A stretch of DNA of 64,000 bases, taken from Selaginella moellendorffii (taxonomy: Eukaryota; Plantae; Lycopodiophyta). Where the stretch lies: positions 1,638,749 through 1,702,748 of the forward strand of contig NW_003314263.1 of NCBI RefSeq assembly GCF_000143415.4. Reading direction: 5' to 3'. Numbering within the stretch: the first letter of the stretch is position 1; each line of letters opens with the position of its first letter. The position numbers and the translations under genes are program-made. Under the pieces are notes generated by a model that was not told the DNA's origin, ran no database searches, and saw only the letters and a list, made by a program, of their open reading frames with translations. Positions 59,761 through 64,000 of the stretch are shown piece by piece.

Positions 59761-60904
59761 GAGGTATCCACACTAAGCATTTGGTGTTGAGTAGAAAACT
59801 AAGCTGAAAGAAGAATCTAAATGCTGAAAAGAATGGAAACAATGAATTTCTCTCTTGAAACTTCCTGAAAATTAGTGGTACCCAATGATGTAAGAAATGT
59901 GCTAGTGAAAAAATCAAAGTAGAAAGATCCAAGGACAAGGAGAAATCCTTGTCCAAAAGCCAAATTCATACTTGAGATTGAGAAATTGTGCTTGCATAAT
60001 GTCTGTCAACCTCAGCTACCTGATTCAATTGTGAACCATGTGACAATGAATGAAAGTGTGATGGTTCAGCTCAGTGCTTGGAAAGTTCTTCAATTCGAAC
60101 ATCAGATCAGAACTGAATATATCTCCCAAGAACAAAAAATTAACACTTTGAATTAAAAATCTTATTTCTTGACTTAACAAAGAGTTTGTCCTTGTTTAGC
60201 CATAGGATTACCTCATCATAAATGGGTTAACAATCTAAATTTTTAACTTCCACCCAAAAAAATCCTTGTCCAAACGCCAACTTCATACTCAAGATTGAGA
60301 AATTATGCTTGCATAATGTCTGCAGCTACCTGATTCAATTGTGAACCATGTGACAATTCTACCGGCAGTGTGAATGAAAGTGTGATGGTTCAGCGCAGTG
60401 CTTGGAAAGTTCTTCAATTTGAACATCTGAATCTATCTCCCAACAACAAAAGCTGATCATAAATATGTTAGCAATCTAAGTTTTTAAACTGACAAAGGAC
60501 AGCATTCGAGGAAACATCTAGTCTGGTTGTGCATTTAAAATGATATTGCCATTTTTTAAAAACACTACTTTAGAAAGTGAAAATCCTGAGTAATAATTAT
60601 CTCTTCTTCAGACTTCTTTAATAAGATCTAAAAGAAAACCCATGATTCTATATCTAAAAATGGTTGGTATAGAATTTGGATTTTCGTAAATGACATTTAA
60701 AGAGTAACAATGTTAGAAATATTATAGAAATTAAAATAAAAAAACTTGGTTATATTAAATATTCCTCTCAAATGGTATACATTTACCAATTAAAATTTTC
60801 TGAAGTAATAATAAAAACTAAAATATACTAAACATTTTAATTTACTTAACTAAACTAAAATATAACAAACTATCTTAAAGGATTTAAATAATAAAAACTA
60901 TCCT

Positions 60905-61357
60905 GGTGCTCCAATGCGAAGCAACTTCTCGACCTTAGAGGTAGCCTCCATTTCTTTCCGTGCCCTCTTCTCTTCTAACATCTCCATTAACTTCCCAGAT
61001 CAAAGCTTCTAAAACGCCCACACCACCAGGATCCCACAAGACACACAGGTATGGAAAGCTTGTAATCCGGTAGCCACTTTCAGCACAAGGATCCCAAAGT
61101 TGTAGATGTCCAGTTTGTCACTCACTCTCATCTGCAACCCTTCTAGAGCCATGTATCTGTATTCCTCAGATCATGGTCATGACATTGCTTAGATCTCCTT
61201 GCTCCACCATCCTTGACAGTCCAAAGTCTGCTATCTTGACTCCAAAGTCTGCTATCTTGACTCCAAAGTCTGCTATCTTGACACCAAAGTTCTTGTCTAG
61301 GAGTATGTTTTACAACTTGATGTCCAAGTGGAGAACTTTAGTGCTGCATTCCTCGTG
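60905..61357 (-). pseudogene. S-domain RLK kinase fragment with triplicated 21-bp VKIADFG unit
   Basis: CCAAAGTCTGCTATCTTGA x3 at ~61221-61281; same TGA before the GTPGY region (61166-61168). Confidence 0.85.
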
Positions 61358-62340
61358 CTGAAAAACTTCTTCCACTATATACGCCCCAATCCATGTGCAC
61401 TTGAGTTTTCTTGGCCTCTTCCAACACTTCAAATCATAAAGTAGCACTTTATCACCCACTGTAAACTCTTTCTTGCAAAGATGATGATCACGCTAGGCTT
61501 TCCTATGTTTTTGCATCACCTTCATGGCTTGGAATGCTAACAACCTCTTCTCATCCAAGTGATCCAACTGCTATAACATGTTTTTTATTGCTCCATTCCA
61601 ATCCAAGTCATGCTCAATAGCTAGCCGAAGAGAGGGAATTTCTAGCTTGATTCGAAGAACTGCTTCTTGACCATACACCAACTGGAATGGTGAATATTGC
61701 ATTGTCACTTTGAAGGCAACTCTATAAGCTCAAACTGCATTTAACAACTGCTTGTCCCAGTCCAATCTACTAGCTGAACATGTCTTAGAAATAATAGTAC
61801 AAAGAGTACCATTTGTCTACTCCATTTGTCCATTGCAACAAGGATAATACAAGAGTAGATTTCCTGTGCTTCAAACTATAAAGTTTAGTGAGTGTAACTA
61901 CCTCTATCACTGACTAAATCTAAAGGACAACCAAACTTAGTAATAACTTGCTTGTACAAAAACTCACTAACTTTTCTGCCTATAGCTTCCTTCAACACTT
62001 TTACATCAACCCACTTAGTCACATAGTCAATACAAACTACCATGTACTTGCAACGAGTATGCTTATTTGTTAGAAAAGGCTTGACAAAACCAATTCCCCA
62101 TTTCTTGGATGGCAAACACTAGCAAAGGTGGTTGCAACTGCATCATATCTCTTCTTGATAGTTTCCCAATCCTTTGACATGGATCACAACCTTTCAAATA
62201 CTTTGAAATATCTTAGTGCATAGTCAGCCACCAATATCCTATCCTCTTTACCAACTCAATCATAGCTTCCTCACTAAATTGTCCCCCAAAAGGTGAGTCA
62301 TGACATGTAGAAATAACTTGAGGTACCTCATGAGCTAGCA
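61358..62340 (-). mobile_element. Ty3/Gypsy integrase fragment (decayed)
   Basis: CHDSPFGGQF...GYWW...CDPCQR zinc finger, IDYVTKWV, FGCPLDLVSDRG, SPFQLVYG; several stops. Confidence 0.9.
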
Positions 62341-62344
62341 CACG

Positions 62345-63650
62345 CAGCCAGTGTGATCTGCCGCTGCATGAATTTGGCGGCAGTGGGAGAGGCTCGAGAG
62401 GCCTAAGCACGCATCAAGAGCTGCGAGGAATGTCGCATGGTCGGGTGTTGTGTCAATCTGCCAGAAAAGCGAGAGTGATTCTTCACAGTGACCAAGCTGG
62501 GCATAGGCCACGATGATCGAGCTCCACACTGCTCCATCTGATTGAAGACACGCCTCCCACTGGCGAGGTGGCCTTGCTGGAGAAAACCGGCGATGAGCAC
62601 GTTGCATGCCGTGACCATGATCTCCGGCGAGATCTCGAGCAAGAACAATGCTTGATCGAAGTGTCTTTGCCGGGCTTGAGCTCTAGCGACGATGCCCACA
62701 AGGAAAGATCTCTCCTGGGCATTGTCTTGAAGAGAAGTATCACTTCGTCGAGGCATCCATTGTGAGCATACGTTTCCAGAGCTCTCTCCGCTGCTTCTTC
62801 TGCTCGAAGATGAGCTCGGCCCTCTCCACCGCACCGGATCTCCCAAACATCTTGATCAAGGAGCTCGTGATCGCTACGCAAGGATCCGCAGGCTTGGCTC
62901 AAGTGGAAGATCCTCTCACGGCACCAAGGCTGCCACAGGCGTCAATGGCAATGATGTACGTAAGCTTGTTCTTGGGAACTTCCATTGAATCGAAAAGGTC
63001 CAGAGCTTCTTGCAGATGCCCAAGCTGGGCAAGTGCTGTGATCATCGCATTCCAGAGCGGCGTCTTTGTGGCTTTTTTGATGAAAGATCTCAAGCAACCA
63101 TGAGCAGTGATGTTTATCGTGAGCTGTCAGACTTTCATACAAATTAATCGATTTCACAAAATGACCCTTTTTGGCAATGTTGAGAGTTGCACGTTCCTGG
63201 AATCAAAGAGATCCTTTGCCTCCTGGAGCTGTTCTTGGCGAGATGTGGCATCAGTTATCGTCGTCCAAGAGATCACATCAGCGCAAGGCATTCGGTCGAA
63301 GAGCTCTTGTGCTTTGCAAGGATCCCCTGATCGGGCATACGCGGACAGCATCGCATTCCAGCAAATTGCATTCCTGCCAATGATCCGTTTAAAGCACTGC
63401 TCCGCGCTCTCGGCCTTGCCAATCTCCATAAACCACAACAATCACTGTCCCCAAGCGATTTGGGTGTGAATTCCAAGCCAGATCTCTATCCAGTTCCTTG
63501 GCAATAGCATCAAGCTGATGGAATCCGGCGCCACGCCCTCAAGATCCAAGCCCCGGAAAAATCCCAGCGCCTCTCTGCAATGCCCATTCTGGGCATTCGC
63601 CGCGATGATCGTGTTCCAGGACACAAGATCTCTCTCTGGCATGGAATTGA
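62345..63650 (-). pseudogene. More diverged PPR pseudogene copy
   Basis: Colinear with ~44160-45625 with many indels. Confidence 0.88.
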
Positions 63651-64000
63651 GGATTGTCCAGGACTAAGTGATGTAGTTGAAAGCTGCAAGAGAGAAGTCA
63701 ATATGCTGAGTTCTTATGTTAGTATTTTTTTTTACATCAAATGGAAAACATGCCATAATCCACACTTGTTAATCCACACTTGTCCTGTTTGTTCTTAACA
63801 TTTTATTTCCAGCTTTTTATCTAATAATTATGGGAACTGGTTCTGGATAGACCATTTCTCAATATGCATCCTTAGAAAAAAACATAACTACTTCCAGATC
63901 TAAGGAAGTTTTCAATTGCCATTAAAAAGTGATTCAATAGAAGAAACTTAAGGACTGTATAAAAGGGATAAAGAACATATAAATTAGGCTAAGTTTTTTT

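Overview
Eukaryotic land-plant DNA, most consistent with a lycophyte such as Selaginella (inference from ~45-65 nt introns, very short intergenic gaps, a ciliary gene, telo-boxes and PLS-type PPR genes). 1-11.5 kb is transposon territory: a complete non-coding LTR retroelement (CTGCC target duplication) nested inside a small TIR element, plus a solo LTR and an orphan AT-rich ORF. 11.6-37 kb is gene-dense: CFAP157-like, a plastid membrane protein, RPL13, REX4, EDR2-like, a REF6/ELF6-type JmjC gene lacking both Fe-binding His, a clade-B PP2C, a His/Pro dual-frame peptide gene, a papain-like protein lacking catalytic Cys and His, BUBR1/MAD3, ATG13, MO25 and an RGF/GOLVEN peptide precursor. 37-64 kb is a duplication/inversion hub shuffling five modules: PPR, S-domain receptor kinase pseudogenes, an AT-rich bulb-lectin gene, SPB1/FTSJ3, and three copies of a 3-exon secreted protein built from four CC-x6/7-C-x3-C repeats that I do not recognise. 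That protein family is the best candidate for an undescribed system. All calls are by eye; no database searches were run.
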